Below are positions 1-16,400 of a DNA stretch of 64,000 bases, piece after piece. Location of the stretch: NCBI RefSeq assembly GCF_009914755.1, contig NC_060928.1, one strand, 5' to 3'. The stretch comes from the human T2T-CHM13v2.0 reference genome, Homo sapiens. The notes under the pieces were generated by a model. It was given only the letters and a program-made list of their open reading frames with translations. It made no database searches and was not told the DNA's origin. Each line of letters opens with the position of its first letter. The first letter of the stretch is position 1. The translations under genes and the position numbers were made by a program.

Positions 1-335
1 ATCGCCTGGTGTGCCATTGGCTAATACCTTTGGAAAAGTGCAGTATTAGGGTAGGAGTGACCCGATTTTCCAGGTGCTGTCCGTCACAGCTTCCCTTGGC
101 TAGGAATGGGAATTCCCTGACCCCTTGCACTTCCTGGGTGAGGCGATGCCTACCCCTGCTTCAGCTCTCGCTGGGTGGGCTACACCCACTTTCCTGCCCC
201 TACTGTCTGACAAGCCCCTGTGAGATGAACCCGGTACCTCAGTTGGAAATGCAGAAATCACCCGTCTTCGGCATCGCTCATGCTGGGAGCTGTAAACTGG
301 AGCTGTTCCTATTCAGCCATCTTGGAACCACCCCC
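1..335 (-). mobile_element. 5' end (5'UTR, internal and antisense promoter region) of a primate L1PA element that continues off the left edge
   Basis: Reverse complement reads GGGGGTGGTTCCAAGATGGCTGAATAGGAACAGCTCC..., the L1PA 5' terminus with the YY1 site AAGATGG; + strand frame contains IRVGVTRFSRC as in L1 ORF0. Confidence 0.93.
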
Positions 336-789
336 ACTACCTCAGAGTTTTAAGAGACTTAGCCTAGGGAAAAAAAAAAAAAAAAGCTTGCCCTCACAAT
401 CCAGTGTGTACGGCATTGACATCTGAAAATCAGTAGGGAAAAGCTGGGCTAGGCAAGAAAAATCCTCCTCTATCTCATACACATGGACTCATTATATCAG
501 TTATGCCTTCCAGGATTAATGAGGGAACAAGGGAAGGAGAGACGGAAGAACAGAACTATTTTCCTTTCTCTACTAGTAAGTTAGAACGTTTAAAACTTTG
601 GAGCAGGGAAAGGAACTATTCCTATTCCTCTTTCTCTCCTCTCATCCTTCGCATCCCCCACCCTCATACTGGCATACTGTTTTGGTGATTAGAACCCCTG
701 GAAAAAAAATGTCACTTACAGTCTTCTTGAGACTCAGGCGAGAGACTATATAGCCTGCTGCATAAGGACAAGAGCCTAATATCAAAGGC

Positions 790-965
790 AAAGCAGTCAC
801 TCTGCAGTCAGGCCTGGGTTCAAACTCTGGTTCTGCCATGTCTGAACTTGAACAATTTAACCTTTCTAAGCCTTAATGTCCTCAGTCTGAAAAATATTGT
901 AATAGCTATCTTGCAGATTAATAGAATTAAATGATATGATGTATTTCAATGCCAACACATAGTAA
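790..965 (+). mobile_element. MIR SINE
   Basis: cctgggttcaaactctggttctgcca...cctttctaagcctta...ctcagtctgaaaaat core similarity. Confidence 0.7.
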
Positions 966-1091
966 AAGTGGCTCTTATTTTAGATATTTCTTTTCCAATG
1001 CCAAATAAAGCCTCCTACACCTTCCCGTCTGGCATTCCACCACATCAAAGCATAATCAGAACCAGATAAAAAGATTAGTCTAGACTTACAA

Positions 1092-3708
1092 GTCCCTGAA
1101 TAGACCAATAATAAGTTCTGAAATTGAGGCAGTAACTAATAGCCTACCAACCAAAAAAAAGCCCAGGACCACATGGATTCACAGTCAAATTCTACCAGAG
1201 TTATAAAGAGGAGCTGGTATCATTCCTTCTGAAACTATTCCAATGAATAGAAAAATAAGGACTCCTCCCTAACTCATTTAACGAGGCCAGCATCATCCTG
1301 ATACCAAAACCAGGCAGAGACACAACAAAAAAGGAAAATTTCAGGCCAATATCCCTGATGAACATCAATGCAAAAATCCTCAATAAAATACTAGCAAACC
1401 GAATCCAGCGCCACATCAAAAAGCTTATCCACCACAATCAAGTCAGCTTCATCCCTGGGATGCAACGCTGGTTCAACATATACAAATCAATAAATATAAT
1501 CCATCACATAAACAGAACCAATGATAAAAACCACGTGATTATCTCAATAGATGCAGAAAAAGCCTTCGATAAAATTCAACACCCTTTCATGCTAAAAACT
1601 CTCAATAAACTAGGTATTGATGGAACAAATCTCAAAATAATAATAGCTATTTATGACAAATCCATAGCCAATATCATACTGAATAGGCAAAAGCTGGAAG
1701 CATTCACCTTGAAAACCAGCACAAGACAAGGATGCCCTCTCTCACCACTCATATTCAACATGCTATTGGAAGTTCTGGCCAGGGCAATCAGGCAAGAGAA
1801 AGAAATAAAGTTTATTCAAATAGGAAGAGAGGAGAGCAAGTCAAATTGTCTGCTTGTAGATGACATGATTGTACATTTAGAAAATGCCATCATCTCAGCC
1901 CAAAAACTCCTTCAGCTGATAAGAAAATTCAGCAGTCTCAGGATACAAAATCAATGTGCAAAAATCACAAGTACAAGCATTCCTATACATCAACAATAGA
2001 CAAGCACAGAGCCAAATCATGAGTGAACTCCCATTCATAATTGCTACAAAGAAAATAAAATACCTAGGAATACAACTTACAAGGGATGTGAAGGACCTCT
2101 TCAGGGAGAACTACAAACCACTGCTCAACGAAATAAGAGGACAAAAATGGAAAAACATTCCATGCTCATTGATGGGAAGAATCAGTATCGTGAAAATGGC
2201 CATACTGACCAAAGTAATTTATAGATTCAATGCAATTCCCATCAAGCTACCAATGACTTTCTTCACAGAGAAAGAAAAAACTACTTTAAATTTCATATGG
2301 AACCAAAAAAGAACTGATATAGCCAAGACAATCCTAAGTAAAAAGAACAAAGCTGGAGGCCTCAGGTTACCTGACTTCAAACTGTACAACAAAGCTACAG
2401 TAACCAAAACAGCATGGTACTGGTACCAAAACAGATGTATAGACCAATGGAACAGAACAGACGCCTCAGAAATAATGCCACACATCTACAACCATCTGAT
2501 CTTTGACAAACCTGACAAAAACAAGCAATAGGGAAACGATTCCCTATTTAATAAATGGTGTTGGGAAAACTGGCTAGCTATACGCAGAAAACTAAAACTG
2601 GACCTCTTCCTTACATGCTATACAAAAATTAACTCAAGATGGGTTAAAGACCTAAATGTAAAACCCAAAACCTTAAAAACACTAGAAGAGGTCCAGTTTC
2701 TAGAAGAAAACCTAGGCAATATCATTCAGGACATAGGCATGGGCAAGGACTTCATGTCTAAAACACCAAAAGCAATTGCAACAAATGCCCAGATCTACAA
2801 ATGGGATCTAATCAAACCAAAGAGCTTCTGCACAGCAAAAGAAACCCTCATCAGAGTGAACAGGCAACCTACAGAATGGGAGAAAATTTTTGCAATCTAC
2901 TCATCTGACAAAGGGCTAATATCCAGAATCTACAAAGAACTTAAATTTACAGGAAGAAAAAAAACAACCCCATCAAAAAGTGGACAAAGGATATGAAGAG
3001 ACACTTCTCAAAAGATGGCATATGTGGCCAACATATATATGAAAAAAAGCTCACCATCACTAGTCATTAGAGAAATGCAAATTAAAACCACAATGAGATA
3101 CCATCTCACACCAGTTAGAATGGTGATTAAAAAATAAGGAAACAACAGATGCTGGTGAGGCCATGGAAAAATAAGAATGCTTTTACACTGTCGGTGGGAG
3201 TGTAAATTAGTCCAACCATTGTGGAAGACAGTGTGGCGATTCCTCAAGGATCTAGAACCAGAAATACTATTTGAGCCAGCAGTCCCATTACTGGGTATTT
3301 ACAAAGGATTATAAGTCATCCTACTATAAAGACACATGCTCACGTTTATTGCAGCACTATTTACAATAGCAAAAACTTGGAACCAACCCAAATGCCCATC
3401 AATGATATACTGGATTTAGAAAATGTGGCACATATATACCATGGTACACTATGCAGCCATAAAGAAGAATGAGTTCCCTTTGCAGGGACATGGATGAAGC
3501 TGGAAGCCATCATTCTCAGCAAACTAGCACAGGAACAGAAAACCAAACACTGCATGTTCTCACTCATAAGTGAGAGTTGAACAATGAGAACACATGGACA
3601 CAGGGAGGGGAACATCACACACCAGGGCCTGTCGGGGGGTGGGGTGGTGGGCAAAGGGAGGGAGAGCATTATGACAAACACCTAATGCACGTGGGGCTTA
3701 AAACCTAG
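1092..3708 (+). mobile_element. L1PA8-L1PA10-like element, 5'-truncated, disrupted ORF2 (RT and C-terminal), 3'UTR cut short with no polyA
   Basis: ORF-track fragments 1358-1999, 1956-2531, 2739-2996 are L1 ORF2p; 3'UTR ggagagcatt...cctaatgcacgtggggcttaaaacctag then abrupt end. Confidence 0.95.
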
Positions 3709-4264
3709 CCTGGTCTGCCCAGGCTCCTCCCTCCCTGTTACCACAGCTGCCCTCCATCCCCTGCAGGGAGTAGAGATGGGATGGGGTCAGGCAAGTACAC
3801 TGGATGGCAGCCACACTAGCAACACTGTGGTGCATCTGGTGAGCAGCTGACCAGTCTGTATCTCAGAAGAGGAAGTCTCTCACCCGCTCATCCCTGATCC
3901 AAGAACCAATCTTCTAGTGACATGGAAGCTGAAAGATCCTTGGGTTTCTCCTGTCTTTCATGGGTTGCGGAATGTGCCCATAGGAAGGGGATATGCCTGG
4001 CTTGACCATCCCAAACCCCACCCCCAACCAAGGCACAGCTCGCAGTTTGGCTGCTGGTGGGAATTGGTACCTGACCTGCATGGCAGGTCATGGCCCCAGA
4101 TAAATATGAAGGTCCGTACTTGTCCACAGAATATCCTCATGCCCAGTGTCTATACTTGTTCCTCAAATATCGTCATGCCCAAGCGCCTGTGAAGAGAAAA
4201 GGATCCTATCTTCTTCTTTATAGTTTCCCTGAATCTGGTGTTTATCTTAGGCACTCTTTGAAGG

Positions 4265-4566
4265 GGATGAGCCACCAAATTCAAATTGTGTAATTTCAGT
4301 GTTTCTGTATATGAGTTAGATGCTCTGATATTTGAATTTTAAACTAGCACTGCACAGTATAAATGAATGGTAAAACTCATGTTAATAAATTTTTAATTTT
4401 TTTAACTTAAAACATTAAATAGCAAATAGAACACACCAGGCCAAGTCAAGAGAGACCACAGAAGAAAGGAAGTTTATGTGAATCCTTATTGGACAATATA
4501 TTCCTGCTTTTTGAACAAGACGCCTCAAATTTTCATGGTACACTGGGTCCCTCAAATTATGCAGCC
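4265..4566. mobile_element. MER45-family hAT DNA transposon remnant (may extend left to ~3710)
   Basis: ttgaacaagacgcctcaaattttcatggtacactgggtccctcaaattatgcagcc resembles the MER45 terminus. Confidence 0.6.
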
Positions 4567-4876
4567 TCCATGATTTGACTGATTTTCAATCAGCAAAGGA
4601 GTACCTTTTAAGTGTAGATATCCTTCTAAGATCTCCTTAGAATGTGTAGATTATACTTTTCTCCATGCCTTATAATACTTCACTTATCTCTATATTTCTG
4701 TATGTGTTTTTAAATTCTGTCCTTACTAAATTATAAATTCTGTAGACAACAACTGTACCTTATTTATCTTTTATCTAATTCCTCTTAAATCTAGTACAAT
4801 GGTCCAAATATGGAAGATTCTCAATTAAAATTGCTGCATGCCTGAAAATCACAAATAAGGAAATATGTAAAATGCC

Positions 4877-5290
4877 CATATGGTTTGGATGTTTGTCCCC
4901 TCCAGATATCATGTTGAAATGTGATCCCCAGTATTGGAGGTGGGCCTGGTGGGAGGCATTTGGGTCAAAGGGCAGATCCTTCATGAATGGCTTGGTGACA
5001 CCCCCATGCTAATGTGTTAGTTCTTGCTCTTTTAGTTCACTTAGTGGTGGCTGGTTGTTTAAAGGAGCCTGGCACCTCTGCCCCCTCTCTCCCCCTTCTC
5101 TTGCCATGTGACATACCTTCTCCCCCTTTACTTTCTGCCATGAGTAAAAGCTTCCTGAGGACTCACCAGCAGCTGAGTAGATGAGGATATAATGCTTGTA
5201 TAGCCTACACAACTGTGAGCCAAATAAACCTCTTTTATGAATTACCCAGTCTCAGGTATTCCTTTATTGCAGTGCAAAATGGATTAAGAA
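4877..5290 (+). mobile_element. MST-type (MSTB/MSTD-like) MaLR solo LTR
   Basis: tatggtttggatgtttgtcccctcca...aaataaacctctt...attacccagtctcaggtattcctttattgcag. Confidence 0.88.
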
Positions 5291-5384
5291 AAATGCCTCC
5301 AAGTAGCTTGTTGTCATTATAGAAATAAGAACCCAGAAAAGAGATAAATCCAAACTTTCCATGTTCATGCCTGTTTCTTTCCTG

Positions 5385-5800
5385 AGCTTCAGGCGATAGT
5401 TCCAACTGCTTGCTGGATAAACATCTTCATCTGAATGCCCCATGGACATCTCAAATTCAACATGCCCAGCTTATCTTTATCTACCTTCACCTCATCACTT
5501 CCTTCCCTCCTTTTGGGGTTTGTAGTAAATGGCTGCACCATTTCCCTTGTTACTCAAGCCAGAAATGTGACCACTGTGCCTCAATCTTTCTTCTTCCTAT
5601 CTCCCATATCAATCTTTGAGTCTATTCATCTTACCAGCTGTCTCTCTTGATATTTACTTTTAAAATCTATTCATTTCCTCATATTGCCAACCACCTCTCC
5701 AACCCCCAGTTCAGGACATCCCCATCTATTGCCTGGACTATACTTGTCATTCAGTCTCTCTACTTTTATTATTTTCCCTCCTTATCCTTCCACCTACATT
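5385..5800 (+). mobile_element. L2 fragment
   Basis: atctgaatgccccatggacatctcaaattcaacatgccca typical L2 3' region. Confidence 0.65.
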
Positions 5801-5987
5801 TAATTGATACGGGATATCTTGAAATATTTGACTGAAAAGTTTTCATTCTGTTTTATATTGGTAAATTGATAAAATAGTTATATTCAAAAACTGCTTTTAT
5901 AATTCCTCAAAACCACAATGAGATCTCACTTTATACCTACCAAGGTGGCTATAATTTCAAAGTTTTTTTAATTAAAAAAAAAAAACA

Positions 5988-6227
5988 GGCCAGGCATGGT
6001 GGCTCACACTTGTAAACCTGGCACTTTGGAAGGCTGAGGCAGGTGGATCACTTGAGCTCAGGAGTTTGAGACCATCCTGGAAAACATGGTAAAATCCTGT
6101 CTCTACAAAAAATAGAAAAATTAGCTTGGTGTGGTGGTGCATGCCTGTAGTCCTTGCTACTCAGGAGGCTGAGGTGGGAGGATCACTTGAGCTTGGGAGG
6201 TTGAGGCTGCAGTGAGCCATGATTGTG
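5988..6227 (+). mobile_element. AluJ lacking its last ~55 bp
   Basis: ggccaggcatggtggctcac...ggatcacttgag...gaggctgcagtgagccatgattgtg. Confidence 0.9.
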
Positions 6228-6340
6228 AAGAAAAAGAAGGGAAAGGGAAAGGGAAATAAAAAAAGAAAAAGGGAAAGAAAAAAAGAAAAGAGAAAGAGAA
6301 GGAAAAAAAGAAGAAAAAGAAAAAAAGAAAAAGAAAAAAG
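6228..6340 (+). repeat. GA-rich polypurine low-complexity tract
   Basis: aagaaaaagaagggaaagggaaagggaaa...aagaaaaaag. Confidence 0.95.
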
Positions 6341-7289
6341 TGTTGGTAAGGATTTGAAGACTGAAACCCCTGTGCATTGCTGGTGAGAAAGTAAAATGGC
6401 ACAGCTAGTGTGTAAAACAGTTTCACAGCTCCTCAAAAAAGGTAACTATAAAATTATGTGGGCTAGCAGTTTTACTCTTAGGTACATACCCAAAGGAATG
6501 AAAATGGACTCAACCAGATACTTGTATGCCAATGTTTGTTTGCAGCATTACTTACAATAGCCAAAAGATGGAAACAGTTCCAGTACCCATCAACAGATAC
6601 ATAGATAAAGAAAATCCAGTGTATCTAGGTATACAATGAAATATCACTCAGTCATAAAAAAGAAGGAAAGTTCTGATACCTGCTACAACATGGATGAACC
6701 TCAAAAACATTATGCTATATGAAAGTAGCCAGGCACAAAAGGACAAATCCTATACAATTCCACTTACATGAAATAAGAAAAACAGGCAAGATCATAGACA
6801 CAGAAAACAGATTAGAGATTTCCAGGGGCTGGGGTGAGAGGGAAGTAAAGAGTTATTGCTTAGTGGGTACAGAGTTTCTGTTTGGGTGATAAAAGAATAT
6901 TGGAAGTAGATAGTGGAGATGGTTATACAACATAGTGAATGTAATTAATACTGCTGAAATATACACTTTAAAATGGTTAAAATGCCCAATTTTGTGCTAT
7001 ATTTTACCACAATAAATAAAATTCTTTCCAGAAATAACGTTCATGTACATGAAAGCAAAAAAAAATCCTTATTTATATGGATTATCTGAAATTTAAAATT
7101 ATATTAGAATAATTATTCTTGGTACATATTTATGTGTAATATTTACTTTCTTTGCTGTAAATTACACTATGTGAATGTTATTTTCCCCAAAAAATTAAAA
7201 TTTTCATTAAATTATCTGAATTTTTTTATAGCTGAATTTTACGGTTAAAAAATTTGAAGTTGTTACACCTTTAATGGACTCTTCCCTGA

Positions 7290-7664
<375 letters not shown>

Positions 7665-8268
7665 TGAATGTTGTATATTGAAATTATAGGTATTTCAGGT
7701 CAAATATTTTCACAGATACTATCTTTCTGCCATTCTTTAGAGTGCTTTTCTGCAATACATAATTTTACAAAACAAATTTGTTCAAAAATTTGCCTCTATT
7801 TATGATCCTTCTGAATGCTACATCAAATTTAGATGCTAAATATCATAAATCTTTTCACGTCCTTCCGTCTTAGCAGTCTTAGCATGGAATACTGATTCAT
7901 CCAGGTAAAAACAGGAGCTCCATTAAAAGGTTATTCCCACTAATGGAAATATTGCAAGGCAAAATTTAGAACTTCAGAATTAGATATTACATACGACTTA
8001 AGTCCTCATTAGGTATTTCCATTCTTCTCTTACATTGCAGAGATAAATTTGAATGTCTTCCTACTTCTAAGCTTTCCTTTGTCACCCCCAGTAAATATAA
8101 TTTGTTAAATAATTTTTTTGGGTTTCCATTTATTAAAAACTTGCATTAAAAATTCTCAACTTATTTTAAACAAAACAGTCCAAGGAATTTCCACAAAATT
8201 TTAAAACCACAGTAGGCCACTTAGGCTGATTTGCAGAGAGTCCTCCAAAGGCTTGGACATGTCTAAAA

Positions 8269-10331
<2,063 letters not shown>

Positions 10332-10344
10332 CCAGGAAATTCTA

Positions 10345-11440
10345 CAAAAACCAAAATAGACAAATGGGATCTAGTCAAACTAAAGAGTTTCTGCACAGGA
10401 AAAGAAACTACCATCAGAGTGAACAGGCAACCTACAGAATGGGAGAAAATTTTCACAATCTACCCATCTGACAAAGGGCTAATATCCAGAATCTACAAAG
10501 AACTTAAACAAATTCACAAGAAAAAAATCAAACAACCCCATCAAAAAGTGGGTGAAGAACATGAACAGACACTTCTCAAAAGAAGACATTTATGCAGCCA
10601 ACAGACACATGAAAAAATGTTCATCATCACTGGCCATCAGAGAAATGCAAATCAAAACCACAATGAGATACCATCTCACACCAGTTAGAATGGCGATCAT
10701 TAAAAAGTCAGGAAACAACAGGTGCCGGAGAAGATGTGGAGAAATAGGAACACTTTTACACTGTTGGTGGGACTGTAAACTAGTTCAACCATTGTGGAAG
10801 ACAGTGTGGCAATTCCTCAAGGATCTAGAACTAGAAATACCATTTGACCCAGCCATCCCATTACTGGGTATATACCCAAAGGATTATAAATCATGCTGCT
10901 ATAAAGACACATGCACATGTATGTTTATTGTGGCACTATTCACAATAGCAAAGACTTGGAACCAATCCAAATGTCCATCAATGATAGATGGATTAAGAAA
11001 ATGTGGCACATATACACCATGGAATACTATACAGCCATAAAAAAGGATGAGTTCATGTCCTTTGTAGGGATATGGATGAAGCTGGAAACCATCATTCTCA
11101 GCAAAGTATTGCAAGGACAGAAAACCAAACACCACATGTTCTCACTCATAGGTGGGAATTGAACAATGAGAACACTTGGACATAGAGTGGGGAACATCAC
11201 ACACCAGGGCCTGTTGTGGGGTTAGGGGAGGAGGGAGGGATAGCGTTAGGAGATATACCTAATGTAAATGACGAGTTAATGGGTGCAGCACACCAACATG
11301 GCACATGTATACATATGTAACAACTGTGCATGTTGTGCACATGTACCCTGGAACTTAAAGTATAATAATAAAAAATAAAATAAAATAAAATAAAATAAAA
11401 TAAAATAAAATAAAATAAAATAAAATAAAAATAAATAAAA
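10345..11440 (+). mobile_element. L1PA5/6-like 3' ~1 kb with (TAAAA)n tail
   Basis: ORF2p C-terminal zinc-knuckle region (10552-11040); 3'UTR acacttggacatagagtgggg; tail ~11365-11440. Confidence 0.95.
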
Positions 11441-12889
11441 TCCAATTGTTGATGAGAAGAGAAAAAAATAATTGTGCCATGAAAAAGTAGTTTTGTGTAT
11501 TTAACATTATCAGCATCGTGAACTCGTATAGACTGTTTACATATTGATTTTTATATATTCAGAGTTCTAGCTACTCTGAATATATTAAAAATGTATTTAT
11601 TTGGTAGAATAGCAGCTTGTTCAGTTGCATTTATAAAGTATGTATGCACCACAAGAAAATCCAAGTACATATATTTCAGCTCCATAAGTTTCTTAAATTT
11701 ACTATAAAAATAATGGTTTATACCATGCCTGTTGTCCTTCACCAAATTTGTATTTCTCTTATCACAAAATAATTCCTTGTACAAAGTTGAACTTTTAAAC
11801 TAAATTTGCAATAGCAATCACAATGATGCCAACCAAATGAACTTCCAAAAAAAGTTTACTTTGGTTCCATGAATTATATATTTTTTAAAAAGGGAACATT
11901 ATTGGAATTGGTTTCTATTATTTAAAGCATCTGATAATACCAGCATAAACTGGTATCATTTGACTCAGAATTTTTCTTCTATTAATGGAGCCAATATATT
12001 AAGAATTTTCACTTCACTTGGTAAGTTCACTAGAAAACTTGGAAATGAAGATGAGCAGAGTAGTTATTTGCTGTAATACAAAGTCATGTTTCATGGAGTA
12101 ATAAGGAAATGCACTTTCTGCATCTGTACAAATTAAATTGTTACACAGTTTTCTTATAAATATTAAATTTTGTAATAGATTTTTCAGCAGACTTTTCATT
12201 TGGTTAGTGATATCATTTTATGCAAGTTATCCAATCACCATCTACTTTCTCAAGAAACAATTCACTACTTAATTCTTCATTGAACATAGGTTTTTGACTA
12301 TTTAAACTCATGGCTGCTGAAAGCATTTTTTGCTAAATAAAAGAGCACCATCAAACAATGAAACTAAGTAAATAATTGTAGACTTATACCCTCTAATAAA
12401 TGGCAAACCCACTGTAGTAAATATTGAGATTTCTCTTTTTATGCTTTACAGAAAGACCACCCAACTGCTACTTCCTGCTCATTATTTCATGTACATTTAA
12501 CCTTTACTGACCATGATGGTTTCCTGTGTCTCATAGACTGGCATAACTGGCTGGCACATCAGATAGAGAAGTTTCAAATACTTCTCCCACCACTGCCCAA
12601 AACTTAAAGGGCTCAGACATAGTTACCTACTGGGCTAGTTTATGGTAAGCACCCTGCATATTGTCCTTGAAAGGAAGATGCCTTTTAGAGTTAACCACAT
12701 GATCAGGTGAGAATTCTGTTCACTGACAAACATCTCAAGTGCTACAAAAAGAGATCCTGGTAGAAGCCAGAAATACAGAGTTATTAATTTGTTAAAAATG
12801 AAAAATCTAAGACAAATGCTAAAAATAGATAAGACACTAGAACAGGCAACTTATTCCGTTTTGTTATCCAACTTATCTTTTCCCACTGA

Positions 12890-13445
12890 AGCCAGTGTGA
12901 TGTTTTTGAAATGTAAATTTGATCTTGTCCTTATTAAATTCCTTCAATGGCTCCTTCTAAGCTAATGTTCAAAACCTTTGGGATAGCCTATGACGTTCTT
13001 CATGAAATGTACTTCCTCATCACTTGCCATCCCCACCTCACATAGTAGAGTTCACCTTCTCTGAATAAGGAGAAACATAGTAGTACAGGGGGAACTAACT
13101 AAATTTCCTTAATAAGCTATCCTGCCGTTATTTCCTTGCAAGATCTAAGATCTGCCTGTGGGCCTGGCTGACTCTTCCCCTTCCTTCAGGTATCAGGCCA
13201 AATGTAACTTCTTCAGGGAATACCTTCTGGACTGCAAGAATGAGTAAGGAGTCTTTCCCATCTCTCCTTGCTGTGCTCCCCGCTCTTAACACTCACTGCT
13301 CTCTAGTGGAATTTAACCTGTGTTCTTTTCTGATCCTTCTGTTTTAACTAGTGTCCAAGAAAGCAGACATGTCTTACTTACCATTATACAACTATATAGT
13401 CCACATAGTTAGCCCTTAAAATATTATTTACATACATGAATGACA
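12890..13445 (+). mobile_element. L2 fragment
   Basis: aaattccttcaatggctcc; ccttcaggtatcaggccaaatgtaacttcttcaggga; terminal atgaatga. Confidence 0.65.
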
Positions 13446-16400
13446 ATAAAAGACAGCATATAATCAGTGCCAAATTAGTAGTATAGAGAGAGAATAACTG
13501 CTGTGAGTACAGAGGAGTAAGAGTACACTTTAGACCCACTAGATTTCACTAAAGATATATTTGGTCTAGATCCTAAGGAGCTCAAATAGGAAGGGTCAGT
13601 GTCAGAGTTAAGGTTAGGCTTAGATTTCAATAGGGTAGGGCCCAGGACATACGTAACGATTGGAGCAGCTTGCCTGCAGAGTATGTGAAAGGGCCTGGAA
13701 CATAATGAAAAAGATCAGTGAGGCCCCATTGTAGAAGGTCTTGGATTCCAGTCTAAGACATTTACTTTATCTTGTAGGCATGGGGAAGTCACTAAAAATT
13801 TGTGGGTCAGCATTTTACAATACAGCTAACTAGATTTAGTTTGATAAAGAACAAACTGGAAATCCTGAAGCTCTACATTTCTAACAAATACTTCCTCAAT
13901 TTAGACTCACAGCTGGGTCTGCCTTCCATAATCGCAATCACACCCCCAGAATAAAAACTAGACAATGAATTTCTACAGATGCCCAGAAATTCCTAGGAGG
14001 CTGAAGAGTATCATCTTAGTCTTAAAAAAATGCACACAGTGTTAACAGCTCAGTAATTGGGAAGGGTCTTCAAATCCTTCCAGTAATGGAGTTAGATATA
14101 CCTGATGTTGGCAGTGGCATTCAAGCTAATTTCTCAAATATGAATTTGAAAACTCATTATATAGATGTACACAAGATGTTCTAATCTTTTTTCCCCTTAT
14201 TCTGAAGCCTGTCAGAAACTGCTTACCAGTTGAATGGGATCCAGTGTAGAAATGTATGTGTGTAGACTGACACATACACACAGCACCAATGTGATTCAGA
14301 CGTGAATTGACTTGGCACAAAGCTGTTGCCAGCCATGTTATTAAATGCACCGCTCTAGTAATGACTGTCCCACTTCCTGAGGCTTCATCCCACCTCCCAC
14401 TAACCTTGCTGTCTTTCATTTTGAATTGAAGTACCCATTAAGGAATCCAGAAGGGCTCTTTCTCCATTAACACTAGCAACATTTTATCATATACTATCTG
14501 GTTGGTTGGCCATATGTATCTACCTTCCTACCCATAACACAAACACACATGTGGCAAATATGTCCTTACTAAGTACCAATGCAGATGACAATTTGGGAGG
14601 AGTTCACTTAGTCAATTCAAATGGCAAAGGGGATAAAAATGGTAAATTTCACAGTTCAGCAGTAAAACAATAGTACCCTGTTATTTAACCAACATGGACA
14701 ACAATCCTGTCTTAAAAATATGCATCTGACCAGTTTCTCTTACACTCAAAGACTTTCACCTTCCAGAGACACAACCAATAATTTTGCTCATCCAGAGCCA
14801 ATAATTTTGTCTTCCACACTCTAGGTTGACAATTTGTTCTTGAAATGAAGTTGTCAGTATTATGCTCATCAGTCATCACCAAAACTTGTCACAGCTAGGA
14901 TGGTGTAGCTTAAATGTTTTTCATACTTTTAAGATAACAGCCTTTCTCCTAAACACATTTTTGCTCTATTGCAATAAAAGAAAAACAAGTGCAGGAAAGT
15001 TTGCTTCTGAAAATGAATATGAATAATTCCTCAAAGCTGGCTTGCACATACCACTTTGTTTTCACCAGCTGTTTTCTATTTCCACTGTTAGGAACTGGGA
15101 TTGTGGTTTATTTTAATGCAAAAGAGGTGTTGATTCCATTACAGGAGTGGTTCCCATATATTATGGCAGAATCAGCAGGAAAGCCTATTCTACTCTTTGA
15201 GTGGGATAAAAACACTCAGGACTTAGTCATTGAAGATGTCTCTTTTGCTGTGAGGATTCAAAATGTAAAAGATGAGCTACAGTTGGAAAAATTTAGTAGA
15301 AATACATCATGTACCTATTACCTTTAGACTATCAAATTCCCAAAATAACAGACCTATCAGTCCACTGTAACTAAACTGGATGTCTGAGCATACCATCTTT
15401 CACTGAGTCTCCCACCAGCTACCTCCCCAGCACAGCTGGTTGGCACTGTTGCCCATTGCCCTCCTCTTGCAATGACTAAGGGAGACAATTAGGAGAATAT
15501 AAGGTAAAACAAAAGCTTTTTTTGATAGAAGATGTTTTTTAAAAAATTATACAACTCATGCTACTTCTACCTCATCCTCTACACATAGGGGCTCTACATG
15601 TGAAAGCAGAAAATTATTAGCAGAGCAAATAATAAGCAGTAGTTAAGATATCAGAAACCACCCAGACAGCTCTGATCACTTTTGTTCTTTTTGGCAAATG
15701 GATTAAATTCCAATAGCCATAATGCTTATCTCCTATGTCCTCTTTAAGAAATCTATTTGATGCAAAGTACTCCATTAACCATTTTCAATTGTAGCATGCA
15801 CAAGAGAGCTGGATGGTCTTCGAATACAGCCTCTGTAGGCAGGCTGCTTACAATACTCCTCCTTCCTTACATTCCTCCATCCTTTCTGGCTCTCTCTTTC
15901 ATTTACTTCTTCTTGCTCTCCCCTTCCTAGGAGGGAGTTTTGTTTTCAATTAATGAAGAAAAACAGAGTTTCTAGCCCCTGATTGTCCTTCTCAGAGCAT
16001 CTTTGGACAACAACAGCTGCTCGGCATCTGTGGGAAATTGTTTTATTCAAGAGATTGGGGAGCATTGATTCAATTCAGTAGACAAGAGAAGTCAAAATTA
16101 CCATTAGCTACATTAGTGCACTTACTGCTCCAGACTGTGAAAGGAATTGTGAGGCTCCTCACTCAGAGGCCACATGAAGGCAATGAAGGAAACCACAATT
16201 ACCTCCCTGAAGATCTCTCACCAGGACTGTAATTGGGCATGCCACAGTACTCAGTGTTAGCTGCAGTGAACAGCCAGCCTGTCATTGCATGTACAGGAAC
16301 CATCCTGGAACTAAAAGTCTTGATGACTTCTGAATCCATTTCTCATAATGTAATCAATAAAATGCTTCATCATGACCCATCAAATCCTGCAGACATTACT

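Larger units (their letters stand above)
5906..7020 (+). mobile_element. L1MB-like 3' end interrupted by an AluJ
   Basis: aaaccacaatgagat...; gctacaacatggatgaacctcaaaaacattatgct; gggtacagagtttctgtttggg; cactttaaaatggttaaaatg. Confidence 0.85.

Noticed and set aside
6157-6436. Phe/Ser-rich ORFs
   Set aside because: Translation of the GA-rich tract and antisense Alu.
12014-12311. Transposase-like peptide as a domesticated hAT gene
   Set aside because: Multiple stops/frameshifts and interruption by Alu and L1 insertions; a fossil.
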